Shown here: in pieces, positions 34,517 through 44,573 of the stretch
Numbering within the stretch: position 1 is the first letter of the stretch
Layout of the letters: every line of letters begins with the position of its first letter
Source: a virus
Taxonomy: Duplodnaviria > Caudoviricetes
DNA length: 55,647 nt
Strand: one strand, 5' to 3'
Virus record (IMG/VR): IMGVR_UViG_3300037516_001048
Span: 1-55,647 of that record
The notes under the pieces: generated by a model
What the model was told of the DNA's origin: nothing
The model's input: the letters and a program-made list of their open reading frames with translations, nothing else
The model's database searches: none
Program-made: the position numbers and the translations under genes

Positions 34517-36325
34517 TCAGTAAATGGGTCCGATAAAGAATTGCCGGGAGGTGCTGGCAGCACTACCCGGCAACACAGGGTCGTAGAACCCGGTGCCAAT
34601 AGAGGCATAGGGGGCCGTGGTCTGCCGGGCATAGATGTTGCCACGGGAGTAGGAGGCAATGGCCCCTCCATTGGCTGTTGGGTCCTGCCTCGTTCCGTAG
34701 GATTTGATGTGTTGGCCGTAGGCATCATCCCTTAGCAGGAACAGGCAATCACCCTGCACATGGATCGAGTTGAGAGCTACCGTATCGCGCCAGTTGGCCC
34801 CTTGGTAAGAGAAAGTGATACCGGTCTCTGGATCGGTCTCTCCATATCCGGCAATCAGCACGGCGCAGGAATAACCATGGTAGTCAGCTACCGTTCCTGC
34901 AACGTCTGCGCCTGTCCTTCCGTCTGCATAGTAGACCGCCCCCCGTGCCCGGTCCATCATGTGGATCACATCAATGTTCCTGATAGAGACCGTGCTCGGT
35001 CCTCCATTGGATTCCCTGACCAAGACGCCGATAGTGGTGCCCTCGATGTGGACGTTTTCGACAGAGACACACCCTGCGACGATCATGGCGCACAATGGGT
35101 AGGTCAGGAAGTCGCCGTTCACGCGGGGGTCTTTCGTGTAAACAGCGGTATCTGCCCCGCCCGCCGTGCCTCCTGTCGCATAGTTACTACTGCTCGACTT
35201 AGCTAAAGCGAAAGCGACGGTGCCCACCATAATCTTGCAGTCGTAGCTCCACTTACTCAGGTAGATACCAACCATGGTCCGTTTAGTTGGTCCGAACATC
35301 CAAAAGTTACTGATGGTCAGGCCGTTTACGGTGGCAGGGTTTGGATAAGGAGTCCCGGCAGGGATGATGGTCGTAGCGGCCCGGTGGCGGCAGAATCCGA
35401 TCCCAAAACCGGATGGACTGGTGATCAGGATGTCGTCAATGACAGAACATTCCTCCACTCCACCCTGCGCCGAGATTCCGGAAACATTGCGCGTCCAGTT
35501 GGCGTAAGTGGCAGCGCCGCAGTGCAAGTCAAGCCCCCTGATTTGGGTGCGGTAAGTGGCGGCGGCATGAGCGGTGGCTGTGGGGGTGTAAGTGCCTCCC
35601 AACCAGATCATCGCGGCATGGTTCCCGCCAGAAACTTCTGGCCACTGCTCTGCGTGTAGCCAGACAGTAGGTGCCCAGTTGGTAGTAGCAAATATCTCAG
35701 TGCGTCCGGAACCTGCTCCGACAAGGGAAGACATGGTGCCGCTAAGGTCCAGTGGGCGGGCAACGTAGTAGGCGCCTGCGGCCAAGGAGACGCGGATACC
35801 CACCCGCGGACTAATGGCCCCGGCGTAGGGGGTAAAGGACTGGATGGCGCAGTTGATGGCAATGTCATCCCGCAGGACTGCGGCGTTGGATGGGGTGCTG
35901 TAATCAATGATCGTGGACGACGGGTAAGTGCCGTAAGTCCGGGCGGAGAGGCCCCACCACTCCGGGTAGACGTCAGCCCTGCCAAAGGTGCCTCTGATTT
36001 CTCCGGCGGCAAACCCGCTGAAAATCTGCCGCCTGCTGGCGAGGCACTCCCCCAAAAAGAGCAGTAATGACCCTGATCCCTTGATCAGCTTGAACCCGGC
36101 AAACTCAATACCCTTGCCGAAGCCAATGGTAGTGGTGCCAGACGGCAGGACGATATTGGCACAGAGGCGGATCACCAAGTCCCCAGCCTCTGCGAGGGCG
36201 GCGAGGAACTCAGCCTGGGTGAAGACGGACCGGATGGCGGCGGGGGCGCCATCTGGCAACAAATCCAACGAGTCACGGATCCCAGCCAGTTGGCCGGCGC
36301 TTGCTGAGGTAAGTTCAATGGCCAT
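34517..36325 (-). CDS. tail spike / beta-helix (pectate-lyase-like) receptor-binding protein
   Basis: VYPEWWG...DDIAINCAI...VSLAAGAYYV...LVGAG pattern typical of beta-helix spikes; start MAIELTS at 36325 inferred. Confidence 0.7.
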   Translation of the reverse strand: MAIELTSASAGQLAGIRDSLDLLPDGAPAAIRSVFTQAEFLAALAEAGDLVIRLCANIVLPSGTTTIGFGKGIEFAGFKLIKGSGSLLLFLGECLASRRQIFSGFAAGEIRGTFGRADVYPEWWGLSARTYGTYPSSTIIDYSTPSNAAVLRDDIAINCAIQSFTPYAGAISPRVGIRVSLAAGAYYVARPLDLSGTMSSLVGAGSGRTEIFATTNWAPTVWLHAEQWPEVSGGNHAAMIWLGGTYTPTATAHAAATYRTQIRGLDLHCGAATYANWTRNVSGISAQGGVEECSVIDDILITSPSGFGIGFCRHRAATTIIPAGTPYPNPATVNGLTISNFWMFGPTKRTMVGIYLSKWSYDCKIMVGTVAFALAKSSSSNYATGGTAGGADTAVYTKDPRVNGDFLTYPLCAMIVAGCVSVENVHIEGTTIGVLVRESNGGPSTVSIRNIDVIHMMDRARGAVYYADGRTGADVAGTVADYHGYSCAVLIAGYGETDPETGITFSYQGANWRDTVALNSIHVQGDCLFLLRDDAYGQHIKSYGTRQDPTANGGAIASYSRGNIYARQTTAPYASIGTGFYDPVLPGSAASTSRQFFIGPIY

Positions 36326-37244
36326 GGGGGGTGCCGTATCCGTGGGGGGTTGATTGGGTATCGACGGCCAGCCCGCCGACTTGCTTCCAACTGGAGGCAG
36401 TGGACTGGATGGCGTCCTGACGGGTGAACCGCGACCGGTCAAACCAGCGGTGGGTCGAGAGACCCTCGCCCGCCATCGCGACAATAAACCCCGCAACTTC
36501 GTCATCATAAGGTAGATCCACCGGTCGTACAGACGATCCCAGCGTCAGCGGCACCGGAGCCACCAGCGCATCAAAGGCCAACACCGTCATGGCACTATGC
36601 CCCGGCGTCAGCTCCACCAACGTCCGCATCACCCCGGCGTGCTGGATGCGACGCACCGCGAACGATTTTGGCCCGTAGTTGTATCGCTCATCGTGGCGCT
36701 CGACTTGGAAATAATCCTGCCTGCTCACCCGGTCAATTACCGGGCTGACAATCCGCTCGATCATCACTGGCGACAGCTTGGCGTCATGGCAGAGCGTGGC
36801 CCCCACGGTACCGGTCTGCTGCCCAAGGTAAGGATGCCGCAGCGCCGTCCCGTCAAAAATGTTGGACTGATCCCCAGCCACGTCGATCCGGCAATACGGA
36901 CGCGGCGATTCCATCACAGACTCACCGTTGAACAGCAGTGGCTCACCGTCAAAAAACAGCGGCTCTCCCTGATACGTGAGAATGTCCTGAATGGATGGGA
37001 AGGCGACCCCCGAGAGGCCGCGCAGCCCGTAACCGGCCACCACCACAGTCCCCGTGGCGGGGCCGTAGAATTCCAGACTCATCGCCTGCTTTTTGTAATG
37101 CACCGGCAGCGCCCGCCACACCGCCGACTGGGCCGCGTTGAGTGAAAGCAGCAGGTCCCGCATCCCAGACGGGTCCATCGCCCCCTGATCCGGCAGCGCC
37201 AGCCACCGCGTCATCGCCTGTTGAATCAGCGTGATTGAATTCAT
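36315..37244 (-). CDS. virion structural protein (adaptor-like)
   Basis: 309 aa in the tail operon; LTYQGEPLFFDGEPLLFNGE repeat. Confidence 0.65.
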   Translation of the reverse strand: MNSITLIQQAMTRWLALPDQGAMDPSGMRDLLLSLNAAQSAVWRALPVHYKKQAMSLEFYGPATGTVVVAGYGLRGLSGVAFPSIQDILTYQGEPLFFDGEPLLFNGESVMESPRPYCRIDVAGDQSNIFDGTALRHPYLGQQTGTVGATLCHDAKLSPVMIERIVSPVIDRVSRQDYFQVERHDERYNYGPKSFAVRRIQHAGVMRTLVELTPGHSAMTVLAFDALVAPVPLTLGSSVRPVDLPYDDEVAGFIVAMAGEGLSTHRWFDRSRFTRQDAIQSTASSWKQVGGLAVDTQSTPHGYGTPHGH

Positions 37245-39439
37245 TTATTGGTGGGTCCTTTCCGTTCGGTCTCTTTTGGAGTCGGCGTGAAATCACCCAA
37301 CAGTCCCAGCACTTCCTCAGCCTGTTTCAGGATGGCATCCTTGACGTTGTCCTTGACCGTGTACCGGCTCGACAGGGCGTAGTAGAGCGCCAACGGAATC
37401 AGCAGGGTTTCGGCGAAGTTATGAGGCACCGCCAGAATGGTCCCGCCGACAACATCGCTGCACAGGTAGACCGGCGGACGCACCGTCGCTTGCAGATGCA
37501 CCTTCCACGTCCTCGTACCGTCGTAGACCGGGGCCAGCATCACCCGCAGTGACGGGATGCCGATCACCGTGCCATCGTCCTCCGCCTCGACATAATAGGC
37601 GGACGGAATCCGGAGGAAGCGCAGGCTCTCCTCGCCGGCCAACAACGGAAAGGCGTCACGCTCCGCGCTGGCCTTGAAGGATTCGTATTCATGCCGGGTC
37701 GTCAGCGGCCGCAGCGGGAAGCGGGAAAACGTCGTCTCCCCAGCATTCGTGGCCGGGAGAAATTCCGCCCGCTTCACACTCACCGTGCCCCGTGGCAACG
37801 TCACGGACTCCGCCACCCCAGACACTCTGGTCAGGGTCAGCGGCACCGTGGACACAAATCCAAATTCCTTCCCGGAGGAGTAAAGCCGCTGCATCGCCGC
37901 ATTCAGCTTGCCGACAGCCTCATCCACCGCCGGATCATCACACCCCAGTTGCTTGCAGGACGGATGGCCCCACAGATTGACAATCCGCTGCACCGCATCC
38001 CGCACCAATGCGTAACCGAGCGGTTGGGATTCCGCCGTCAGCCCGCCCCGCCCCGGCAGGGTGGCCGACAAAAATTTAATCCCCGCCGCCCCGGATCTCA
38101 TCCCTCCGACGGCCGGCATCGTGATCACCCCGGACGGTTTCGACGTGCCCTTGGCAGATCCAGATGACAAAGACCCCACCGCAGGCAGGGACGCTGACGA
38201 TGTCCGCGTCCGCCTTGACCCGCCCACCAGCCCACCCACCGCAGGCATCAGCGAGTTCGAGGGCCGGACTACCCGCGCCAGCGCCGTCAGTCCCCCGACT
38301 CCCGGCAGGGTAGCCTTCAACGTAGGCATGGCCCGCCAAAGAGCCTGCACCATGGATACGTTATCCATGCGGAGCTCGAAAGGATACTCGATGGGTCCCA
38401 GCCCTATGTAAGTGAGCGGGAACTTTATCGTGTGCGTGCCGGAGGTCGCCTTGAAATAAAAGTCGTGGGTGCCGTCTACGCCGACATCCCCCAGCACTGT
38501 GCTATCCACCATCACGGTCATAATGCCCCGCGAGAAGTTCGCCACGACATCCAGTGAGATGCGGTAATACTGACCCGAGAGCAGTCCTGTAATCACCTGA
38601 TTCAGGGCCGGGGTAGACGTGTGACCGGTGTAGTTGATTAGGGCAAACGCCACCTCATCAACCAGGGGGGCTTGTTCACTGACAAAGTCTGTGTCCCACT
38701 CCGCAGAAGGCGTAAAGTCGCTCAGTGCCATGATAAAATCACCATTCACCACCTTCTCCGGCCGGCGCTTCAGCCTTACGTAATCCAATTTCATGGATGC
38801 GACCCCGCCGGAAACGGACGCTGCGCGGAACCGCAAGGTAGTGATAGCCCCGGTAGCCGTGAAGACGTACGCCCCGAGATTGACGTTTTCGCTGTCCAAG
38901 GTCACCATATCCACCGACCCGGAGAAATTCCGGATCAGTAGAGAGAGTGCCGCTGGAGGATCGTCATTGACGTTGGAGATGCCCCACGTCAGCAGGTAGG
39001 ACTCTCCCACCACTGTAGCCACCGTCACCGTGGCGCTGGCGGAATCGGTGGACGCAGACGCAGACAGATCAATCGCCGAGTTTCCCCCGCCAGTGATCCA
39101 CACTGCCGCACCCGTGGTGCCCACCGCCGTCAGCGCCCAGCCGGGAAATAGCGCCGGATTCTCAAGGAATTCAGAGTTCGGGACCAACTCCACATACCCA
39201 TGGGCCACGCCCGTCCGGCGGTATATCTGCCCGGCATTTTCGCCAGTCAGGATTTGATATTCCTCCCCGGCGACGGCGTCCGTGAAGGTCCACACGTAAT
39301 CACCCAGACGCGCCACGCGATTCTCCTGTCCGACCCATTCGCCGGACGCGCCTACAGGGGCCACGATGTACGTGTCCCCCGTTGACAGTCCAACGATCAG
39401 CCCCGGAAAAGTCAGGGTATTGTCGATGGCGTATTCCAT
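37241..39439 (-). CDS. multidomain virion protein (DUF2793-like N-terminus, carbohydrate-binding-like modules, adaptor-like C-terminus)
   Basis: GDTYIVAPVGASGEWVGQ motif; repeated jelly-roll ends LDYVRL and MDNVSM after VPNSEF and VVNGDF. Confidence 0.65.
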   Translation of the reverse strand: MEYAIDNTLTFPGLIVGLSTGDTYIVAPVGASGEWVGQENRVARLGDYVWTFTDAVAGEEYQILTGENAGQIYRRTGVAHGYVELVPNSEFLENPALFPGWALTAVGTTGAAVWITGGGNSAIDLSASASTDSASATVTVATVVGESYLLTWGISNVNDDPPAALSLLIRNFSGSVDMVTLDSENVNLGAYVFTATGAITTLRFRAASVSGGVASMKLDYVRLKRRPEKVVNGDFIMALSDFTPSAEWDTDFVSEQAPLVDEVAFALINYTGHTSTPALNQVITGLLSGQYYRISLDVVANFSRGIMTVMVDSTVLGDVGVDGTHDFYFKATSGTHTIKFPLTYIGLGPIEYPFELRMDNVSMVQALWRAMPTLKATLPGVGGLTALARVVRPSNSLMPAVGGLVGGSRRTRTSSASLPAVGSLSSGSAKGTSKPSGVITMPAVGGMRSGAAGIKFLSATLPGRGGLTAESQPLGYALVRDAVQRIVNLWGHPSCKQLGCDDPAVDEAVGKLNAAMQRLYSSGKEFGFVSTVPLTLTRVSGVAESVTLPRGTVSVKRAEFLPATNAGETTFSRFPLRPLTTRHEYESFKASAERDAFPLLAGEESLRFLRIPSAYYVEAEDDGTVIGIPSLRVMLAPVYDGTRTWKVHLQATVRPPVYLCSDVVGGTILAVPHNFAETLLIPLALYYALSSRYTVKDNVKDAILKQAEEVLGLLGDFTPTPKETERKGPTNK

Positions 39440-39442
39440 GAT

Positions 39443-39853
39443 TTAGAGGGTGGCGCGGATACCGGACGCGCCGGAGGGGATTTTGAACGTGTCACCGGCA
39501 TTGATTTGTTGGTTGACGGTGAGCGGACCCCACCAGAGCAGATTCCCCAAGGTGGCCGCGTCAAAAAACCCGACCGCCACGATAGTCCCCCAACCCGCCG
39601 CCGCTTCCAGAAAGGAGACGCTCGATGTTAGGTTGATCTCCCGCGAAGTGGTTCCCGGAAACGATGCGGTGCTTCGCACTAGACTAAGGCGGCTATACCC
39701 GGTTCCGCCAGCCACCTCCACCCCCGGACTCGCGTCATTCGGTGGAGCAGTAGTGTAGAGACCGAGATGCAGGTTGGCTGGCAACGTCAAGGTACCGGCG
39801 TTGAAAATGTGATTCAGGATAGTATTGCTGAAAACGGCAGAAGGTCCGGCCAT
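39443..39853 (-). CDS. virion/tail-associated protein
   Basis: LHLGLYT..P...GVEV..GTGYSR...WGTIVAVGFFDAATLGNLL, a widespread virion protein signature. Confidence 0.75.
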   Translation of the reverse strand: MAGPSAVFSNTILNHIFNAGTLTLPANLHLGLYTTAPPNDASPGVEVAGGTGYSRLSLVRSTASFPGTTSREINLTSSVSFLEAAAGWGTIVAVGFFDAATLGNLLWWGPLTVNQQINAGDTFKIPSGASGIRATL

Positions 39854-39878
39854 GGCGGTAAAAAAATAGGAGGGTTTG

Positions 39879-39922
39879 AAAATGGGGCGGGGGGAGGAAA
39901 ACCCAATAACCTCCCCCCGCCC
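39879..39922 (-). terminator. intrinsic terminator after the major capsid gene
   Basis: 13-bp stem GGGCGGGGGGAGG/CCTCCCCCCGCCC followed by CATTTT on the minus strand. Confidence 0.75.
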
Positions 39923-39951
39923 TTAACCGACCCCGTTATGGGGCCGATAAA

Positions 39952-41439
39952 TTACACCGTGACCGGCAACGGCAGATCAGGATAGTGCAGGGAGTGGTTG
40001 ATCACCAGAATCCCAGGGCACTGCTGGCGAATGTTCTTCCGGACGCTCTGCCCGAAGTAGGAGCGGAGATAGACCTTGGTGAAGAATCCATCCTCTTCCG
40101 TTTCGGAGCCGCGTTTGGCGCGGTGTTTGCCATGACCGCGAACGGCCGCAGCACGCGCCACGATGAAGGAGCGGCCAATCGGCTCACCCTTGCTGTTACA
40201 GGCGACGATCAGTGAACCCGCCTTGTGGGTCATGGTATGCTTGCCAGCCCAGACACCCGTATTGTAGGTAACGTCACCCACTGTGAGCTTCCGAATACCA
40301 AGGTCGGCTGTGCCAAGACGCTCAAGGATCACAATCTTGTTCCCATCGTTGCCGGAGGTGTACGCATACATCCCGATCTTGTTTGGATCCGTGACCGCGT
40401 TGGGTGGATTGATGATGAGGAAGAATTTCTTGTCCGCCGTGACGGTCGAGAAGGTCCCATCCATGAAGGGATAAGCCACCCCGTCAAAGTAACGGAAATA
40501 ATCCACATCAAGCAGACCGGCACTGGTAGGGTTACCTCCCCCCTTCACCGTGAGGAGATCACCCACAAGTACGAGAGGATCAACGTCGACACCAAGCAGT
40601 GCGCGAGGCTCCTGCGGGCCACCAATCGGGCCGTCGCCGTCGTGATCCACAATCCGGCGCTCCACCACCGCGATGCCGTCAATGTCAGGGACATCACCGG
40701 TAAAGATGGAGTTGCTGAGACTGCGGGCCTGACCGTTGACCACCTTGGTTTGGTAGTCAGAACTGGACCGGAGCACCGCGAGGGCGGTCGAACTGGCAAT
40801 CAGAGAGAGTCGCAACTGAGGGGCCTGACCCTTCACGGATTTGGTGACGCGGGCAGCGGTGCCGCCGAGCCGACCGAGGTAAGCACCAGCACCAATCACC
40901 GTGTTCCAGTTCAAACCGTCACCAGCAGCGAGGGTGTTAATGGTCTTGCCATTCACACCCATGAAGTTTTCCCCATTGGTTTTGTGGAGCCAGGTCATGT
41001 CCATCTGCTCCGATTTATAGCGGCCGAGCCAGGCTCCGAGATCCTCCGGCACGCCGGAATTGATTTCGCCTTCCGCACCGAGCAGTTGCTCAGAGAGTTC
41101 ATTGTACGAACTGCCGTGACGGATCACGTTGATCTTGAGAGGGTATTCACCCAGCTTGCGCTTCTCAAAATTGGATTCAGCGCCCATCGGGGTCTCCCCA
41201 GTGGTGGGCTTCTTGTAGAATCCGCTGGAAACGCGGATGTTCATGGTCATGCCGCGACCGGCGGCGAGATCCTCACCAGTGATGATGATGGAGTCGTCGG
41301 AAGCTCCTTCCATGGACGACCAGAAGTCGTTGTTTTCGGCGAATCGCTCGACGGTCATCTGCCACAGTTGGGCAGGAGTGACTTGGGCGGCGTAGGTGGC
41401 TGCGGTGTTATTACCGCTGATTAGTGCGTAGTCTGCCAT
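39952..41439 (-). CDS. major capsid protein (DUF4043 / N4-gp56-like)
   Basis: QLW...FWSSMEG...EDLAAGRGMTMNI...IRHG pattern; position after the scaffold and before a strong terminator. Confidence 0.8.
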   Translation of the reverse strand: MADYALISGNNTAATYAAQVTPAQLWQMTVERFAENNDFWSSMEGASDDSIIITGEDLAAGRGMTMNIRVSSGFYKKPTTGETPMGAESNFEKRKLGEYPLKINVIRHGSSYNELSEQLLGAEGEINSGVPEDLGAWLGRYKSEQMDMTWLHKTNGENFMGVNGKTINTLAAGDGLNWNTVIGAGAYLGRLGGTAARVTKSVKGQAPQLRLSLIASSTALAVLRSSSDYQTKVVNGQARSLSNSIFTGDVPDIDGIAVVERRIVDHDGDGPIGGPQEPRALLGVDVDPLVLVGDLLTVKGGGNPTSAGLLDVDYFRYFDGVAYPFMDGTFSTVTADKKFFLIINPPNAVTDPNKIGMYAYTSGNDGNKIVILERLGTADLGIRKLTVGDVTYNTGVWAGKHTMTHKAGSLIVACNSKGEPIGRSFIVARAAAVRGHGKHRAKRGSETEEDGFFTKVYLRSYFGQSVRKNIRQQCPGILVINHSLHYPDLPLPVTV

Positions 41440-41534
41440 ATAAGTGTGTGTTGTCGGGCACGGAAAATCCGTGCCTGTGATTAGGGTGATTCCCGGCTAT
41501 CCGCCGGGGAGGGGGTGATCCGTTTCGGATTCCG

Positions 41535-42578
41535 TCAGGAAGCTCGCCGCCCGTAATGGCGGTTATGCTCCCGGAGTTCATCCAGGCTCATTGCGTTGAT
41601 TGCCTGACGGGCCATCCCATCAGATACAACAGGGGGTGCCGCGACCGCGCCGCCGGAAGCCGGACGGATACGGGACAACACCGGGCCAGCAGGTCTTGCA
41701 TGAATCACAGGAGCCGCACCTGACGCACGGGCCGGGGCAATCCCCAGTTCCGCTGCCGCCATCTGCACTGCACGTACCACCACCTGAGGATCCTTGATTA
41801 GAGGATCCTGATTCGCCCGCATCACGTCGAGGATTTCGCCGGCCCGCTGATACAGCGGTGACGATTCCACGCCGGAATCTGGGTAGAGAGTGACGGCTCG
41901 CGCCTCTGCTTCGGACCACTTACCCGCATCAGTCGCCTGCTGGGTGATCACGGCTTGCGCCTGTGAATGCCCCACCTCGACCTTGCGGACGGACAAATCC
42001 AGAATCTCATCCTGGAGTTTGTTTACCCGGTCCATCTCATACATTTCCCAAGCCTCATCCTTTTCCTTACGGAGAGCCACGATACGCGCATCGATGCCTT
42101 CAACCGTGCCCAGCACATCCACCGGGGCCTGCGCCTCCGGTGTAGCTACTGAGCCCGACTCTTGCACCGTCGCGGGGACGGCAACCCCGAACAGGCTTTC
42201 GGTGGCTTTTGCAATGGTCCAGCCAGGATTGGCCTTCATTATCGCAAATACCGCCGTGTCCCGTGGGTCTGCTGTCCTGATCCGGTATTGTTTCCCGCCG
42301 TTTTCCACCGGTCCATCATCGTCATCCAGATCCGGGTCAGCCCCGGCAGGAATGGATTCAGGAACTAGCGTTACCGTTTCGGGAACGTCAGGGGATTCGT
42401 TGGCGAGCGTAATTTTGCCCGATTTGAAATCCTCCAGATACCGATCAAACGCTTCACCGTTTGGTCTTGGAATCCCATCACCCCCGGCGGGCGATGCCAA
42501 GTAAGGCGACAGGGCCTGATCTTCCACGGCTACCGGTAGTGCCGCTGTTGTTGGAAGGGTAATTGCCTCTGCTGCCAT
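41535..42578 (-). CDS. capsid scaffolding protein
   Basis: Acidic, coiled-coil, C-terminal INAMSLDELR motif, upstream of the MCP. Confidence 0.7.
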   Translation of the reverse strand: MAAEAITLPTTAALPVAVEDQALSPYLASPAGGDGIPRPNGEAFDRYLEDFKSGKITLANESPDVPETVTLVPESIPAGADPDLDDDDGPVENGGKQYRIRTADPRDTAVFAIMKANPGWTIAKATESLFGVAVPATVQESGSVATPEAQAPVDVLGTVEGIDARIVALRKEKDEAWEMYEMDRVNKLQDEILDLSVRKVEVGHSQAQAVITQQATDAGKWSEAEARAVTLYPDSGVESSPLYQRAGEILDVMRANQDPLIKDPQVVVRAVQMAAAELGIAPARASGAAPVIHARPAGPVLSRIRPASGGAVAAPPVVSDGMARQAINAMSLDELREHNRHYGRRAS

Positions 42579-42581
42579 CAC

Positions 42582-42618
42582 ACAAAGTGGCACAACGCGA
42601 AATGCGTGCAACTTTGTC
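42582..42618. promoter_or_regulatory. bidirectional late promoter / inverted repeat ACAAAGTGGCAC...GTGCAACTTTGT
   Basis: 11/12 inverted repeat in the 46-bp gap between divergent structural operons. Confidence 0.55.
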
Positions 42619-42624
42619 CAGCAT

Positions 42625-43281
42625 ATGTCCGTGCCGATTTCCAGCTTTCGCCAGCCGCCCCCGGCTAGTCGTTACCGTTCCGGTGCCAGCCCGGCGGAAA
42701 AAACCCTCTGGCAGGCCCGCCAGCAGGACAGCACCGACGAAGCCCGTGGAGCCCTCATCCGGTGGAATGAATACCTTGGCGGCTACCGCGAGCAGACCAT
42801 CACCACCACCGAGGGCTCTTTTCAGACCTTGGTGCGCGGCTCCGGTGACGGTGCTGCTCCCGCCGCCGGCGGCGCACCCTGGCAGATGGTCCGCCTCGCT
42901 GACCGCGTCCTGCGTATCTTCCCCAGCGCCATCTGGGACGGTAAGGGCCACTCCATCTGGTGTACCTATGCGGAGAAGCCAAGCATCGCCGAGAGTTTCT
43001 TTGACCTGATCCTGCCCAAGAGCCCGACACGCGGATTCGTCTGGCTGGAATGCACCGTCGATGACACCAACGACGACCACGGCATCCTGGAGTCCGCCAT
43101 AATCAAGACGGGGACGGAAGTGGCCTTCAACTCGCGGGCCGACAAAATAGTCAACATCGCCCTCGCCACCTACTTCCTCAACTCCACCAACTACACCTTC
43201 GACCCGGTGCGGGGTTTCGTGTTCGTCTTGCGGCGATTCGGCCCCCGGACCTCGATCACTTGGGACGTGGAGCCGCTATGA
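42625..43281 (+). CDS. hypothetical virion protein
   Basis: 218 aa, ATGA-coupled to the next gene. Confidence 0.7.
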   Translation: MSVPISSFRQPPPASRYRSGASPAEKTLWQARQQDSTDEARGALIRWNEYLGGYREQTITTTEGSFQTLVRGSGDGAAPAAGGAPWQMVRLADRVLRIFPSAIWDGKGHSIWCTYAEKPSIAESFFDLILPKSPTRGFVWLECTVDDTNDDHGILESAIIKTGTEVAFNSRADKIVNIALATYFLNSTNYTFDPVRGFVFVLRRFGPRTSITWDVEPL

Positions 43282-44225
43282 CAATCTCCCGCCCAGCCTG
43301 GCGGGCCAATGTCCGCGCCGCCTATGCCGCTCAAACCAGCAATCCGGAACACCGGGGGCCGTGGGGGAACCCCGGCACTGACCGGTATTCGGCTTTCGGT
43401 TTCGGGGCTGGCGGGGCTCGATCATGGACCCGATTCGGTAAGCAGGGTGGGATGACCATTGAAACCATCGAGGCATACTCACAAATCACGACGGAGACCC
43501 GCACCTACACGGATGCCACCCCTACCAGTACCGGCACCCGTGCGGAAACCAGTTCGTTCGGAGCCAGCGTTACGGTCACAAAAGATAAAATCCTCATCCC
43601 GGAGACTATCGACGCGACCAACCCGCCGGCACTCTATGCCTACCGCCGTCACGCCTCCGCGACCGCTTATGGTGACGGACTGTATGATGCCCACGGACTC
43701 ATCGTGATCGTCGCCCCCACCCACAGGATAGACGCAGTGGACTACACCGGGGACTGGATTGGCACGGACATCTCTTCCACCGCAGACGGGAGCGAGCAGT
43801 ATGTTTTCCGCTACGAGTCGGACGCCACCGCCCTCAATGGCTTGGCCACCCCGGCCCGAGTCGTGGCCACCCAGCAACTCCACGGCCCAGCCATCGCCTA
43901 CCGGGCCAACGTGGTGCTGGTAGACGACCAACCGGGGGGCATCGACGACGAGTTCATCCTGACGGACATCCCGTTCCTCCCCCTCGAAACCAACCCGGAC
44001 GGGGAGACCTACGACGCACTGGGAAATCCGCAGACGGAGCTTTTCTTCACCGACACCTTTTTGAGCAGTCTGGTTTTCGGCACCTTTATCGGGACCATGA
44101 TCCGGACCACCGGCAGCGCATCCAGAACGGAGCCGAACTACAACGACACCGACCCCCAGGCCGCCCTCGCCTGGTCCCACTCATGGAGCCGCTCCGGCAC
44201 CCTGACTCTTACCCTGCTGCCTTAG
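43278..44225 (+). CDS. hypothetical virion protein (Thr-rich)
   Basis: 315 aa from the coupled ATG at 43278. Confidence 0.7.
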   Translation: MTISRPAWRANVRAAYAAQTSNPEHRGPWGNPGTDRYSAFGFGAGGARSWTRFGKQGGMTIETIEAYSQITTETRTYTDATPTSTGTRAETSSFGASVTVTKDKILIPETIDATNPPALYAYRRHASATAYGDGLYDAHGLIVIVAPTHRIDAVDYTGDWIGTDISSTADGSEQYVFRYESDATALNGLATPARVVATQQLHGPAIAYRANVVLVDDQPGGIDDEFILTDIPFLPLETNPDGETYDALGNPQTELFFTDTFLSSLVFGTFIGTMIRTTGSASRTEPNYNDTDPQAALAWSHSWSRSGTLTLTLLP

Positions 44226-44556
44226 CCAGCCACTCCTCCAGCCGCTTCAGCTTTTTCGCATCCATGCCCGCCACCTTCTGGATCAGGTCCTGCTTCGCCG
44301 CCACCGTATCGGGGCCGGTCAGGCGCTCCTGCGTCCACAGGGCCACGGCCTGCTTATATTGCCGGCTGTCCGGCTCCAGCCCAAACCCGTCCCGCAGCAG
44401 CACGTCCAGCGTGTGGCCCCGGATGGCCCAGCCCGGCGTCACCGCCCGCCAGACCGCCACCTTCGACAGCCCGCACCGCTCACCGAGCTCGCGATGCGAC
44501 AACCCGGACTTCTCATACAGCCCGGCCAAAAATTCAGGAGTCTTTTTCACACCCAC
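44209..44556 (-). CDS. XRE-like HTH regulator
   Basis: SGLSHRELGERCGLSKVAVWR HTH. Confidence 0.75.
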   Translation of the reverse strand: MGVKKTPEFLAGLYEKSGLSHRELGERCGLSKVAVWRAVTPGWAIRGHTLDVLLRDGFGLEPDSRQYKQAVALWTQERLTGPDTVAAKQDLIQKVAGMDAKKLKRLEEWLAKAAG

Positions 44557-44573
44557 TCATACCCCTTAATCCT

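Noticed and set aside
40225-41424. 399-aa plus-strand ORF (similarly 1835-2944 and 51960-52958)
   Set aside because: Antisense to the clearly identified capsid, terminase and Sak4-like genes.
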